A stretch of 38,267 nucleotides of DNA from a virus. Taxonomy: Duplodnaviria > Caudoviricetes. Location: positions 1-38,267 of the IMG/VR virus record IMGVR_UViG_3300020403_000031. One strand, 5' to 3'. Under the pieces are notes generated by a model. The model ran no database searches. It had not been told where the DNA came from and was given only the letters and a program-made list of their open reading frames with translations. Position numbers and translations under genes: made by a program. This document shows, in pieces, positions 19,432 to 28,566 of this stretch. Positions within the stretch are counted from its first letter, which is position 1. Every line of letters begins with the position of its first letter.

Positions 19432-19516
19432 ATAATGTCTCCTTATTATGGAATTAGTGAGGGTAACCTTTGCAGGTGACCCTGCAACTAAATGTATTTA
19501 ACTAATTCTCTAAATA

Positions 19517-19545
19517 ATTATATACACACTGAATTAATTTGTCAA
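19517..19545 (-). promoter_or_regulatory. Consensus sigma70 promoter for phoH
   Basis: Minus strand TTGACA (19545-19540), 17 bp, TATAAT (19522-19517). Confidence 0.8.
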
Positions 19546-19559
19546 GACAGACTTATATG

Positions 19560-19566
19560 ATAAATA
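19560..19566 (+). promoter_or_regulatory. T4-type late promoter motif (ATAAATA)
   Basis: Intergenic, followed by GGAG RBS and ATG at 19586. Confidence 0.7.
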
Positions 19567-19585
19567 GTATAAAGCGGAGATCACT

Positions 19586-20107
19586 ATGCCAATTTTAGAT
19601 ACTTTAGATGTAATTCGAAATTTACAAACTATTCACGAGAATGATAAAGCATTTCAAGTTCTTAAGGATTTTGAAAGAGTAATAGATAACCTTGGATTAT
19701 ACGTATTTAAGAATTGGGATGAAGGCGAATTAGTTCAAGGTCCAGATATTGCAAGACATTGGGTCAAATGTTGTTTTATGTGGCCTCGCAATGATATGCC
19801 AGATCCAATGGGTGCAAAAATTCTTACAGATTACGGTTGCAAAGTACAATATGAAAAAAGTCATATTATGAAAGCTAGGAAAATTGTCAAACCTGACGAT
19901 ATTAGACCTGGTACAAAAAAAGGTAAGCTAGACAAAATACCAGTTTGGTGTGTACATATTAATATGCCTAAATCATTAATATTAGATGTTTACAGTGGAG
20001 ATAAAAATCTTTATGGCGATGATGAAGCAATAAAAGATAATGAAACAATTGCGGCACAACCGGCTCCCGAACCAGTACAACCTGATCCAACAGCAGGAGC
20101 GATATAA
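19586..20107 (+). CDS. Hypothetical phage protein
   Basis: 173-aa ORF with RBS and late promoter; no function recognised. Confidence 0.8.
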   Translation: MPILDTLDVIRNLQTIHENDKAFQVLKDFERVIDNLGLYVFKNWDEGELVQGPDIARHWVKCCFMWPRNDMPDPMGAKILTDYGCKVQYEKSHIMKARKIVKPDDIRPGTKKGKLDKIPVWCVHINMPKSLILDVYSGDKNLYGDDEAIKDNETIAAQPAPEPVQPDPTAGAI

Positions 20108-20808
20108 TGGGGTTAAGAGCAGGCGATTTAAAAAACTTACTTGATAATGTTTTTGAAGTAGATAATTATAAAAGCAAAATGGGAGACGATGAAGATATCG
20201 TTGTTGTAAGTTTTAGTGTACAAGAACAAAATGCTGCTAAAGATCTTGTAGAATTTATAGAAAAGTCATATGATTTTGTACTTGATGCTGATTCAACAGT
20301 TAGTGAGGTTGACGAAGGTAGATACAAAGTTTTTGTTGAATTAGAACGCGACAGATCAGTACAAGAACATATTATGGAAATGTTATACGGTATAACACAG
20401 TTATCAGAAGTTGAAGGATTTAAATTTAGATATCATAAAAATTTTAAAAGTCACGATGCAAATATAGATAAACTACACGAAATTGTTCCAATAGATGCAA
20501 CAACTTATACACTTGCTGTTACAGAAAATGCAGATACATTTTTTGGTAAAACACCTGCAAAAATAGAATTTTTTGGCGAAAATTTTATTATAAAGAAAGA
20601 GTATGCAGATCCAATTGGTTTTAAAATCAAAGATTTTGGAAAAACAAACTACATTAATGAAAATATTAAAGAAAAAATCAATGTAAATGATTATGCTGAA
20701 TTGTTATTTTATACAAAATACTTAGGTGATTACAACATAACTAAGTTTGGAAATAATACTTTAACATTCGAAAATAAAGGATATACTTTAGTAGTCGAAA
20801 GGATGTAA
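20107..20808 (+). CDS. Hypothetical phage protein
   Basis: 233-aa ORF, TAATG-coupled; no function recognised. Confidence 0.8.
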   Translation: MGLRAGDLKNLLDNVFEVDNYKSKMGDDEDIVVVSFSVQEQNAAKDLVEFIEKSYDFVLDADSTVSEVDEGRYKVFVELERDRSVQEHIMEMLYGITQLSEVEGFKFRYHKNFKSHDANIDKLHEIVPIDATTYTLAVTENADTFFGKTPAKIEFFGENFIIKKEYADPIGFKIKDFGKTNYINENIKEKINVNDYAELLFYTKYLGDYNITKFGNNTLTFENKGYTLVVERM

Positions 20809-20969
20809 TGCAAACACATTGCGAAAACTGTGGTCGGACTAGCCATTGCGGTACTGCATTTTACGAAGAACACAAAAACTACAACGAGCCGCCAATAATA
20901 ATAAAAATTTGTCACCATTGCAGATGCGGCGACTGCAACCCTAACATAAAGGAAAATACAAATGGGTAA
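20808..20969 (+). CDS. Small Cys/His-rich putative zinc-binding protein, 53 aa (not in ORF track)
   Basis: MQTHCENCGRTSHCG...ICHHCRCGDC; AAGGA RBS and TAATG coupling. Confidence 0.7.
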   Translation: MQTHCENCGRTSHCGTAFYEEHKNYNEPPIIIKICHHCRCGDCNPNIKENTNG

Positions 20970-21819
20970 ACAACACTTTAAATTTGACTTTGAACCTTGG
21001 ATGGCAGAAGAATTAATTCATAGATCAGACTGGGAAGATTGGTATGAAGCAATGCTTGAAATACTTCCACTATGGGAAGTAGACACAGCAGAACGTGTTG
21101 CTATGTTTATAGCACAATGTGGACACGAATCAGGAGGCTTTAGAGTATTAAGTGAAAACTTGAACTATAGCGCCAAAGCATTGAACACAATATTTCCAAA
21201 ATATTTTAAACGTGCAGGAAGAGACGCAAATGAATATCACAGGCAACCAGAAAAGATTGCTAATGTCATTTATGCGAACAGGATGGATAATGGTGATAGT
21301 GCCTCTGGTGATGGTTGGCGTTTTAGGGGTGGAGGAATACTTCAACTCACAGGGCGATACAACTACACAGAATTTGGAGAAGCTGTCGAAATGTCCCCAG
21401 AAGAAGCAGTAGACTATGTCCGTACTAAAAAAGGTGCATTAGATAGTGCTTGTTGGTTTTGGGACACTAACAGATTAAACAAATATTGTGACGATATGGA
21501 TATTGTAGGTGCTACAAAACGTATTAATGGCGGAACAATTGGACTTGATGATAGGAAAAAACATTATCTTCACGCAATGGATGTATTAGGCGGTGATTAT
21601 GAAGCACCCGAAGAAAAAGAATTGAACACAAATCAAACAATACGCAAAGGATCAAAAGGACCATTAGTTGCCGAAGTGCAAGAAAAGTTGGGCATAGCAC
21701 CAGCAGATGGTATTTTTGGACCAGGAACAGAACGTCACGTCAAAAACTGGCAAACAAAAAATGGTTTGACAGCTGATGGTATCGTAGGTCCTAAAACACT
21801 GGGAAAGTTATTGGGATAG
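20962..21819 (+). CDS. Endolysin: glycoside hydrolase family 19 with C-terminal peptidoglycan-binding domain
   Basis: AQCGHESGGF, ENLNYS, FRGGGILQLTGRYNY, TKRINGG; C-terminal DGIFGPGT...ADGIVGPKT. Confidence 0.92.
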   Translation: MGKQHFKFDFEPWMAEELIHRSDWEDWYEAMLEILPLWEVDTAERVAMFIAQCGHESGGFRVLSENLNYSAKALNTIFPKYFKRAGRDANEYHRQPEKIANVIYANRMDNGDSASGDGWRFRGGGILQLTGRYNYTEFGEAVEMSPEEAVDYVRTKKGALDSACWFWDTNRLNKYCDDMDIVGATKRINGGTIGLDDRKKHYLHAMDVLGGDYEAPEEKELNTNQTIRKGSKGPLVAEVQEKLGIAPADGIFGPGTERHVKNWQTKNGLTADGIVGPKTLGKLLG

Positions 21820-21821
21820 GT

Positions 21822-22310
21822 ATGGGTGCCAAGTTAGCTATTGTAATGTTCTTGTTGCTTTTAGGAGCAGGCGGTATTGGTTATTGGTATTATAACGATA
21901 CACAAGCACGTATGGCTATCCTACAAGAAAACAATGCTAAATTAAACACCGCAGTAGAACTAAATGAACAAACTATAAGTTCGCTAGAAAAAGACTACGA
22001 AAAAGCGTCTAGCGAACTTGCTACACTAAATGAACAATATACTGCTATACGCAGACAAAATCAAAGACTTGCAGATAAGCTACAAGAAATAGATTTGACT
22101 GCGGCAGCTATTGCAAATGCAAAAAGTATTGAACGTGCTGTGAATAGGGGTACAGTAAATGCAGGTAGATGTTTTGAACTTCTATCGGGGGCAGAACTTA
22201 ATGACAAAGAAAGGAACGCTGAAAATGGCATCGCTTTTAACAAAGAGTGTCCTTGGCTTTACGATACTTATAAGTCTCGCGGCCTGCTCAACCAAACCAC
22301 AGCAGATTGA
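21822..22310 (+). CDS. Inner-membrane spanin (Rz-like)
   Basis: N-terminal TM, long coiled coil, two C-terminal Cys; follows the endolysin and overlaps a lipoprotein gene. Confidence 0.7.
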   Translation: MGAKLAIVMFLLLLGAGGIGYWYYNDTQARMAILQENNAKLNTAVELNEQTISSLEKDYEKASSELATLNEQYTAIRRQNQRLADKLQEIDLTAAAIANAKSIERAVNRGTVNAGRCFELLSGAELNDKERNAENGIAFNKECPWLYDTYKSRGLLNQTTAD

Positions 22311-22617
22311 TATATCTACTAGTCCAGTAGAAAAACCTACATTAGAGTTACCTCCTGTAGATGAACTCAATATGCGTAATGTTGAATGGATAGTACTTAA
22401 TGAAGCAAATGTAGATGAAGTCATAAAAAAACTTAATAGTGAAGGTAAAGCGTTTGCTCTTTACGCACTTACAGGTGAAGGTTATGGTAACCTTGGACTA
22501 AACTTTAGCGACATAAGAGCACTTGTTCAACAACAACAAGCAATTATAGCAGCCTATGAAGGATATTACAAAGAGGCAGAACAAGCACTTGATAAAGCAG
22601 TTGTTGTGGATAACTAG
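22225..22617 (+). CDS. Outer-membrane spanin lipoprotein (Rz1-like)
   Basis: Signal peptide with lipobox LAAC, Pro-rich linker; overlaps the i-spanin 3' end; AAGGA before the ATG at 22225. Confidence 0.7.
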   Translation: MASLLTKSVLGFTILISLAACSTKPQQIDISTSPVEKPTLELPPVDELNMRNVEWIVLNEANVDEVIKKLNSEGKAFALYALTGEGYGNLGLNFSDIRALVQQQQAIIAAYEGYYKEAEQALDKAVVVDN

Positions 22618-23116
22618 TTTACTAATCACGTTAGTAGGCTGTAATCCGATTCCAGATCCAGTAAGCACAGCTCATAATTATGTTGGGTTGCAAGAGCGTC
22701 AAGATAGAAAATTAATTAAAGAATTTGTTGGAGTTGATCCGGTGCGTACAGAATGGTGTGCGGCTTTTGTTAATGCTATTTTAGAATTAGAAGGCTTATC
22801 AGGATCTGAGTCAGTTAGTAAAGCGCCATTATTGGCAAGAAGTTTTTTAAATTGGGGTGATAAAGTACAACCAAAAGATATACAACGCGGAGATATTGTG
22901 ATATTTCCTAGAGGTGATGAAGGTTGGAAAGGACACGTTGGATTTTTTATTGAGGAAAAAAATGGTCATTGGGTAATACTTGGTGGTAACCAAGGTAATG
23001 AAGTAGGTTATGATTATTATAAACCTAGTGAAGCTTTAGGCATACGTAGAGCTAAATACACACATATAATTGAGGGCAATATAGATGTGGGAAATGATAG
23101 AAAGAATGGCCAGTGA
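22556..23116 (+). CDS. TIGR02594-like CHAP/NlpC-P60 peptidoglycan hydrolase, putative lipoprotein
   Basis: WCAAFVN, GHVGFF, LGGNQ; lipobox LVGC; start codon uncertain. Confidence 0.8.
   Translation: MKDITKRQNKHLIKQLLWITSLLITLVGCNPIPDPVSTAHNYVGLQERQDRKLIKEFVGVDPVRTEWCAAFVNAILELEGLSGSESVSKAPLLARSFLNWGDKVQPKDIQRGDIVIFPRGDEGWKGHVGFFIEEKNGHWVILGGNQGNEVGYDYYKPSEALGIRRAKYTHIIEGNIDVGNDRKNGQ
23052..23058 (+). promoter_or_regulatory. Late promoter variant (CTAAATA)
   Basis: Upstream of a GAGG RBS and the ATG at 23085. Confidence 0.45.
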
Positions 23117-23381
23117 CAGGCTATGGATTTATACAGCATTAGCAGGGTCAGTATTTGGTGCTATATTTGTCGCATACATAAGCACTACAAGAATAGGTCT
23201 ATGGGGCTATGCCCAAGTAGACAGAGCTATAGATTATCTTGTTAATAGATGGGGATTAACTTGGCTTGAGCAACCAGAAGATGCTTGGCGTAAAAAATAT
23301 CCTAAAATAACATCAAAGATAGATTCAATTGAGGCAAGACTAAACAAATTGGAGGGTAAGAATGCCAAGAAAAAAACTTGA
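23085..23381 (+). CDS. Single-TM membrane protein (possible lysis accessory)
   Basis: Hydrophobic LWIYTALAGSVFGAIFVAYI and a C-terminal coiled coil. Confidence 0.7.
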   Translation: MWEMIERMASDRLWIYTALAGSVFGAIFVAYISTTRIGLWGYAQVDRAIDYLVNRWGLTWLEQPEDAWRKKYPKITSKIDSIEARLNKLEGKNAKKKT

Positions 23382-23733
23382 AGACTTAGACGCAACCCCA
23401 GCAGAAGAGCCAAAGGCAGATGCTGAAGTTGTTGTTCCAGCAAGTAGCAGTGGTGCTACAAAAAAAGTAAAACTAGACTTAGAAGTAGATACAAGTGTAA
23501 AAGACTTAGGACCTAATCCTTATGCTAAAGTTATACACCTAGCAAAGGCTGTGGATGCTTGGAGAATCTTTCCTCGTATTTTTATTTCAACATACATTTA
23601 CTTGTTATACAGATGTGTAATTTGGTATATGGAATTGCCAGATCCAACGCTAGAACAATCAGGGCTTATCAGTGTGGTAGTAGGTGCTGGAGCAGCCTGG
23701 TTTGGACTATACGCCGGAACTAGCAAAAAATAA
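23362..23733 (+). CDS. Holin-like two-TM membrane protein
   Basis: DAWRIFPRIF...two hydrophobic segments, basic C-terminus; last gene of the lysis cluster; GGAGG RBS. Confidence 0.6.
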   Translation: MPRKKLEDLDATPAEEPKADAEVVVPASSSGATKKVKLDLEVDTSVKDLGPNPYAKVIHLAKAVDAWRIFPRIFISTYIYLLYRCVIWYMELPDPTLEQSGLISVVVGAGAAWFGLYAGTSKK

Positions 23734-23744
23734 ACCACTAATCA

Positions 23745-23751
23745 ATAAGTA
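23745..23751 (+). promoter_or_regulatory. Late promoter variant (ATAAGTA), possibly giving a leaderless mRNA
   Basis: 5 nt upstream of the dnaJ ATG with no RBS between. Confidence 0.5.
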
Positions 23752-23756
23752 GTAGT

Positions 23757-24575
23757 ATGGACTATTACAATCGATTAGGTGTCAAAAAAGACGCATCTCC
23801 AGATGAACTAAAAAGAGCTTATAAAAAACTTGCAATGAAACATCACCCAGACCGCGGTGGTGATCAAAAAACATTTCAAGAAATAAATGAAGCTTATGAT
23901 ACATTAAAAGATCCTAATAAAAAAGCCGCATATGATAACCCACAAACTCAATTTAACACAAGTGCTTTTAATCAAAACTATGGGAATTTTAATGATATAT
24001 TTTCGCAGATGTTTAGCGGAAGAGGCTTTGCCCAACAAAGAAAAAATCCTGACATACAACTTAATTTAACTGTAGAGCTTGCTGATATTGTAAATGGCAA
24101 AAATATGGTTGGCAGATATAGGTTAAGCAACGGAGAAGAAGTAGTTGCAAATATAAATGTTCCACCTGGTATAGAAAATGGCCAACTTATGAAAGTAAAT
24201 GGTATGGGGGATAACGTTAATCCTAATTTACCACGTGGTGATCTATATGCAAAAATAATTATAAAAAAGCACCCTTTATTTGAAAGAGATAGGTTGCATT
24301 TGAGAACAAGTTGTAGTATAAATGTAATAACACTTATTTTAGGCACAGAAATTGAACTAAAAACAATAGATAATAAGGCACTAAAACTTAAAATCCCTAA
24401 AGGCACAAACCCAGGAACTATTCTAAGTATACCTGGATACGGAATCACAGACTACAAAACACAACGATGCGGCAACCTTTATGTTGAAGTTAAAGGTGTG
24501 ACTCCTAAATTAGATAAATGGGAAGATATTGATAAGGTAAAAAAATTAAATGATGAACTTAATCTTGGCTCCTAA
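23757..24575 (+). CDS. dnaJ: DnaJ-class chaperone, type II (no zinc finger, CbpA-like)
   Basis: J-domain with HPD, G/F-rich region, C-terminal domain (GDLY, IPKGT, GNLYV); no CxxCxGxG repeats. Confidence 0.9.
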   Translation: MDYYNRLGVKKDASPDELKRAYKKLAMKHHPDRGGDQKTFQEINEAYDTLKDPNKKAAYDNPQTQFNTSAFNQNYGNFNDIFSQMFSGRGFAQQRKNPDIQLNLTVELADIVNGKNMVGRYRLSNGEEVVANINVPPGIENGQLMKVNGMGDNVNPNLPRGDLYAKIIIKKHPLFERDRLHLRTSCSINVITLILGTEIELKTIDNKALKLKIPKGTNPGTILSIPGYGITDYKTQRCGNLYVEVKGVTPKLDKWEDIDKVKKLNDELNLGS

Positions 24576-25086
24576 TATATTATTAGAAACTCCGGTAGAA
24601 AGATTCCAACTTGAATCTGTACATCCGGCGCCAATCGCACTTGATATGATAGATTTAATGCGTGAAAAAAGCGGCTTAGGTTTGAGTGCAAATCAAGTTG
24701 GGTTTAATGGGCAGATATTTGTGATGAAAGCATTGTTAAATAAACAATACGGCGATACAGTTGTTGTTATCAATCCTGTCATCAAAGGTTTAGCAAAGAA
24801 TATTGAAGAAGGAATAGAAGGTTGTCTTAGCCATCCAGATTTGTTCCTTAAAGTTAGGCGACCAATGAGTTGTATGGTAGAATTTGATACATTAACTGAT
24901 GATATGAAATCTGTTATCCACGTAGAAACAAAATTTGACGATATAGATGCTAGAATTTTTTTACACGAATACGATCATCTACACGGCATACAATTTATCA
25001 ATAGGGTAAGCAAACTAAAATTAGACTTTGCTGAAAAGAAAAGAAGAAAAAAAATAAAAAGGAAAGTAAATGGTAGAACCATCTAA
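24550..25086 (+). CDS. def: Peptide deformylase
   Basis: All three motifs present: GLGLSANQVG, EGCLS, HEYDHLHG. Confidence 0.93.
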   Translation: MMNLILAPNILLETPVERFQLESVHPAPIALDMIDLMREKSGLGLSANQVGFNGQIFVMKALLNKQYGDTVVVINPVIKGLAKNIEEGIEGCLSHPDLFLKVRRPMSCMVEFDTLTDDMKSVIHVETKFDDIDARIFLHEYDHLHGIQFINRVSKLKLDFAEKKRRKKIKRKVNGRTI

Positions 25087-27316
25087 AGAGTTACAATTAG
25101 TTTTTGAAAAAGTTGTAAAAGATGCACAAAAGTTGAGACACGAATATGTTACTTTAGAACATCTTTTGTACGCAATGCTTTGCGAAAATAATTTTATCGA
25201 AATAATTACAGGTTTTGGTACAGATATTGAATATATGAAAAAGAATTTAGAGCAATATCTAAAGACTAAACTTGATAACATTAAAGTTGACCATAAAGAT
25301 GATTATAAACCTACCAAAACGCAAACTGTTGAAAGAGTTTTAAATAGATCATTTACACAAGTACTTTTTAGTATGCGTAATGTAATAGAGCTTTCCGATG
25401 TTTTCTTAAGCATTTTAAGTGAAAAGAAAAGTTATGCATATTTTATTACGCAACAAGCAGGAGTGGAAAAACAATCTTTCCAAGATTACATAAGCACTGA
25501 GTTTGATAGACATATTGACGATGAACCAAAAGAAAATATTGGTATTGCTAACAGAGCACTTAGAGAATTTACTACAGACTTAAATGCTGAAGTAAAAGCA
25601 AATAAAATTGATCCAATTATTGGTAGAAATGAAGAATTAGAACAAGTTGCATTAGCATTAGGAAGAAGAAGCAAAAGCAATGTGCTTATGGTTGGCGAAC
25701 CAGGTGTTGGTAAAACTGCCATTGCTGAAGGTTTGGCTTGGAAAATAGTAAACGGAGATATTCCTGACTTTTTAAAAGATTTTAATGTATACACATTAGA
25801 TATTGGATCTTTGCTTGCTGGCTCAAAGTATAGAGGAGATTTTGAAGAACGTTTTAGATTGGTTTTACAAGCTCTGCATAAAAAAGGCAACACTATTATG
25901 TTTATTGACGAAGCACATATGATGAGCGGAGCAGGTGCAAGTGGACAAAATAGTCCAAACGATCTAGCTAATATGTTAAAACCGGCTTTAGCAAAAGGTA
26001 ATTTACGAGTAGTAGCATCAACAACCTGGGAAGAATATAGAAAATATTTTGAAAAAGACAGAGCATTAATGCGAAGATTTCAACGTGTAAGCATTGATGA
26101 GCCTAGTGAAGAAAACACAATTAAAATTCTGCAAGGCATTAAAGGATACTACGAAACATATCACGACACAACAATTACACAAGAAGCAATAGAAGCAAGT
26201 GTAAAATTAAGTGTAAAATATCAAACAGATAAAAAATTACCTGATAAAGCAATTGATTTAATTGACGTTGCTTGTAGCAGATTTAAAGTAAACAATCAAA
26301 TTGAAAATAAAATTGTTACAGAAGAAAGTATACAGTTTGAGCTTGCTAAAATGATAAATCTACCAGAAGAACAAGTTAAAGAACGTGAAAGTGATAATCT
26401 TGCACACTTAGATGAAAATTTAAAAGCAGTGGTATATGGACAAGACCACGCAATTGAAGATATTGTAGATAAAATACTTGTTGCACAAGCAGGACTTAAA
26501 AGCGAAAACAAACCAATAGGTAGTTTTGTGTTTATGGGTCCAACAGGTGTTGGTAAAACTGAATTATCAAAACAACTTGCTGAACAACTTGGTGTAAAAC
26601 TTGTAAGATTTGATATGAGTGAATATCAAGAAAAACACAGTGTAAGTAAACTTATTGGATCTCCTCCTGGCTATGTAGGATTTGAAGAGGATGCAGGACA
26701 ATTAATTACAAAATTGCAAGAACATCCAAACTGTGTATTACTATTAGACGAAATAGAAAAAGCACATCCTGATGTAAGCACTATTTTATTGCAAATAATG
26801 GATAATGGTAAGGTTACTGGTAGCAACGGCAAAGAAGCAGATGCACGTAATGCCACATTAATACTTACAACCAACTTAGGTGCGCAAGAAGCAGAAAAGA
26901 ATGCAATAGGATTTGGTGAGGAATTAGATAAAGACTACGAAGATACTGATTTTAAGAAGTATTTTCCGCCAGAGTTTAGAAACAGACTAGACGGTATAAT
27001 TACATTTGGTAAGTTAGACAAAAATACAATGATGAAAATTGTTGGTAAATTTTTGTTAGAACTTAAAATGCAAGTCAAACAAAAAGATATTGCAATTGAT
27101 ATTACAGATGAAGCATTAGATTACTTAGTTGATAAAGGATTTAATCCTAAAATGGGTGCAAGACCTTTACAACGTGTTATTGATACAGATATTAAACGTC
27201 CATTGTCAAAGCTAATGTTGTTTGGTGAATTGAAAAATGGTGGAAGTGTAACTATAGATTACAGAAAAAAAGAAATACAATTGGATTGTTTAGTTGAACA
27301 GAATGAAGTTGCTTGA
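25070..27316 (+). CDS. clpA: ATP-dependent Clp protease ATPase subunit, ClpA type
   Basis: N-domain (HEYVTLEHLL), two AAA+ modules (GEPGVGKT, GPTGVGKT), IGF ClpP-docking loop, no ClpB middle domain. Confidence 0.92.
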   Translation: MVEPSKELQLVFEKVVKDAQKLRHEYVTLEHLLYAMLCENNFIEIITGFGTDIEYMKKNLEQYLKTKLDNIKVDHKDDYKPTKTQTVERVLNRSFTQVLFSMRNVIELSDVFLSILSEKKSYAYFITQQAGVEKQSFQDYISTEFDRHIDDEPKENIGIANRALREFTTDLNAEVKANKIDPIIGRNEELEQVALALGRRSKSNVLMVGEPGVGKTAIAEGLAWKIVNGDIPDFLKDFNVYTLDIGSLLAGSKYRGDFEERFRLVLQALHKKGNTIMFIDEAHMMSGAGASGQNSPNDLANMLKPALAKGNLRVVASTTWEEYRKYFEKDRALMRRFQRVSIDEPSEENTIKILQGIKGYYETYHDTTITQEAIEASVKLSVKYQTDKKLPDKAIDLIDVACSRFKVNNQIENKIVTEESIQFELAKMINLPEEQVKERESDNLAHLDENLKAVVYGQDHAIEDIVDKILVAQAGLKSENKPIGSFVFMGPTGVGKTELSKQLAEQLGVKLVRFDMSEYQEKHSVSKLIGSPPGYVGFEEDAGQLITKLQEHPNCVLLLDEIEKAHPDVSTILLQIMDNGKVTGSNGKEADARNATLILTTNLGAQEAEKNAIGFGEELDKDYEDTDFKKYFPPEFRNRLDGIITFGKLDKNTMMKIVGKFLLELKMQVKQKDIAIDITDEALDYLVDKGFNPKMGARPLQRVIDTDIKRPLSKLMLFGELKNGGSVTIDYRKKEIQLDCLVEQNEVA

Positions 27317-27989
27317 AACAAAAAAGTTACACTACAACAAATATCTGTATAAAATTGCAATACGTAATCAATGTGCAAGTTTCTTCCGTACAGAATTTCA
27401 AAAAGGTGTTCAGCTTAGTTACGCAAAGAAACGTATAGATGAATGTCATCAATGGTATGATGTAAAGCATCCGTCAATAGATATTCCTTGGGGTAATAAA
27501 TATGTAAATCGTATACCAAGAGAACATTATTGGGACGCAATTTCTATTTACAGACATCTTAAAAACCAAGAAGGTTATATTGTAAGATGTGAATTAAATT
27601 GTTTGAATATATACAGTAATGATCGTAATTTTCTAATAAAACTTAATAATAAACTAAAAAACAGTTACATAGAATTTTATGAACCTGATCCAGAAAAGGT
27701 TGATTTGTTACTAAATGATAAAAATGTAATTTTAGTAAACAAATTACCAAAATATGAATATAAAATTACGCTAGGTAGAAAAAAAGGTTCTGCATCTCTT
27801 GCAGAATGGATAGATACCAATCCTCATTTAGCAAAAATGGGAGATACAGCAAAACAAGAATGTTACAATCAAGGTTACGTAAAAGGTTACTACTTTTTTG
27901 TGAGTAATAAAAAAAGTTTATTAATTGCACAAATGATGGTAGGCGAAAACATACAAAGGATAGACCATTTAGTGTATACTGATAAATAG
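27303..27989 (+). CDS. Hypothetical protein
   Basis: Long open frame; ATG at 27303 preferred over the TTG at 27294. Confidence 0.75.
   Translation: MKLLETKKLHYNKYLYKIAIRNQCASFFRTEFQKGVQLSYAKKRIDECHQWYDVKHPSIDIPWGNKYVNRIPREHYWDAISIYRHLKNQEGYIVRCELNCLNIYSNDRNFLIKLNNKLKNSYIEFYEPDPEKVDLLLNDKNVILVNKLPKYEYKITLGRKKGSASLAEWIDTNPHLAKMGDTAKQECYNQGYVKGYYFFVSNKKSLLIAQMMVGENIQRIDHLVYTDK
27982..27988 (+). promoter_or_regulatory. T4-type late promoter motif (ATAAATA), possibly giving a leaderless mRNA
   Basis: 5 nt upstream of the ATG at 27994 with no RBS between. Confidence 0.6.
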
Positions 27990-27993
27990 TATT

Positions 27994-28566
27994 ATGCACT
28001 ATATAAGTATAAACTTTGCAAACTTTGATCATTTGGCTGTAGCTGAAACTGTTTCCTCTATAGGTACTAGTCTTTTTGAAAATGTAGACGAGTACCAATT
28101 AATAGAAAACAACAATATGTTTACTGTAACATTAGATACTCCGTTTGCATTGACAGAAAATGAAATACAAGGAGTAGCAATGAAATTATTTGAATTAGGT
28201 TTGAATGACTTTGAAATAAATGCGTCGGAAGATTATGACAATATTTCAGAAGTTACACTAGATGATAATCAAGACTTCCACGAATATTTTGGTTATCCTG
28301 GATACGTTGACGAAGACGGAGTTTGGGAAGCAGAATATCAAGGAAGAAAAGTGAAACTTGGCAAACCAATGGCAGGTGATGTAAAGAAGTTCAAAGTTTA
28401 TGTAAAAAATCCAAAGGGTAATGTTGTAAAAGTTAACTTTGGTCAAAAAGGTATGAAAATTAAAAAGAATAATGCCGCTAGACGCAGAAGTTTCCGTGCA
28501 AGACATAACTGCGATAATCCAGGACCGCGTCATAAGGCACGTTACTGGAGTTGCAGAAAATGGTAG
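27994..28566 (+). CDS. Putative head-associated protein: acidic N-region plus basic C-terminal module
   Basis: Sharp switch after WE to the basic AEYQGRKVKLGKP...VKVNFG...SFRARHNC...ARYWSCRKW module. Confidence 0.7.
   Translation: MHYISINFANFDHLAVAETVSSIGTSLFENVDEYQLIENNNMFTVTLDTPFALTENEIQGVAMKLFELGLNDFEINASEDYDNISEVTLDDNQDFHEYFGYPGYVDEDGVWEAEYQGRKVKLGKPMAGDVKKFKVYVKNPKGNVVKVNFGQKGMKIKKNNAARRRSFRARHNCDNPGPRHKARYWSCRKW

Noticed and set aside
22159-22224. Track start for the o-spanin
   Set aside because: It would make an over-long signal peptide; the ATG at 22225 has an RBS and normal lipoprotein signal length
23757-27316. Interpretation of the window as bacterial chromosome because of dnaJ, def, clpA, fdxA and the yccA-like gene
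   Set aside because: These genes are interleaved and coupled with T4-like structural, lysis, clamp loader and PolB genes and share the phage late-promoter motif
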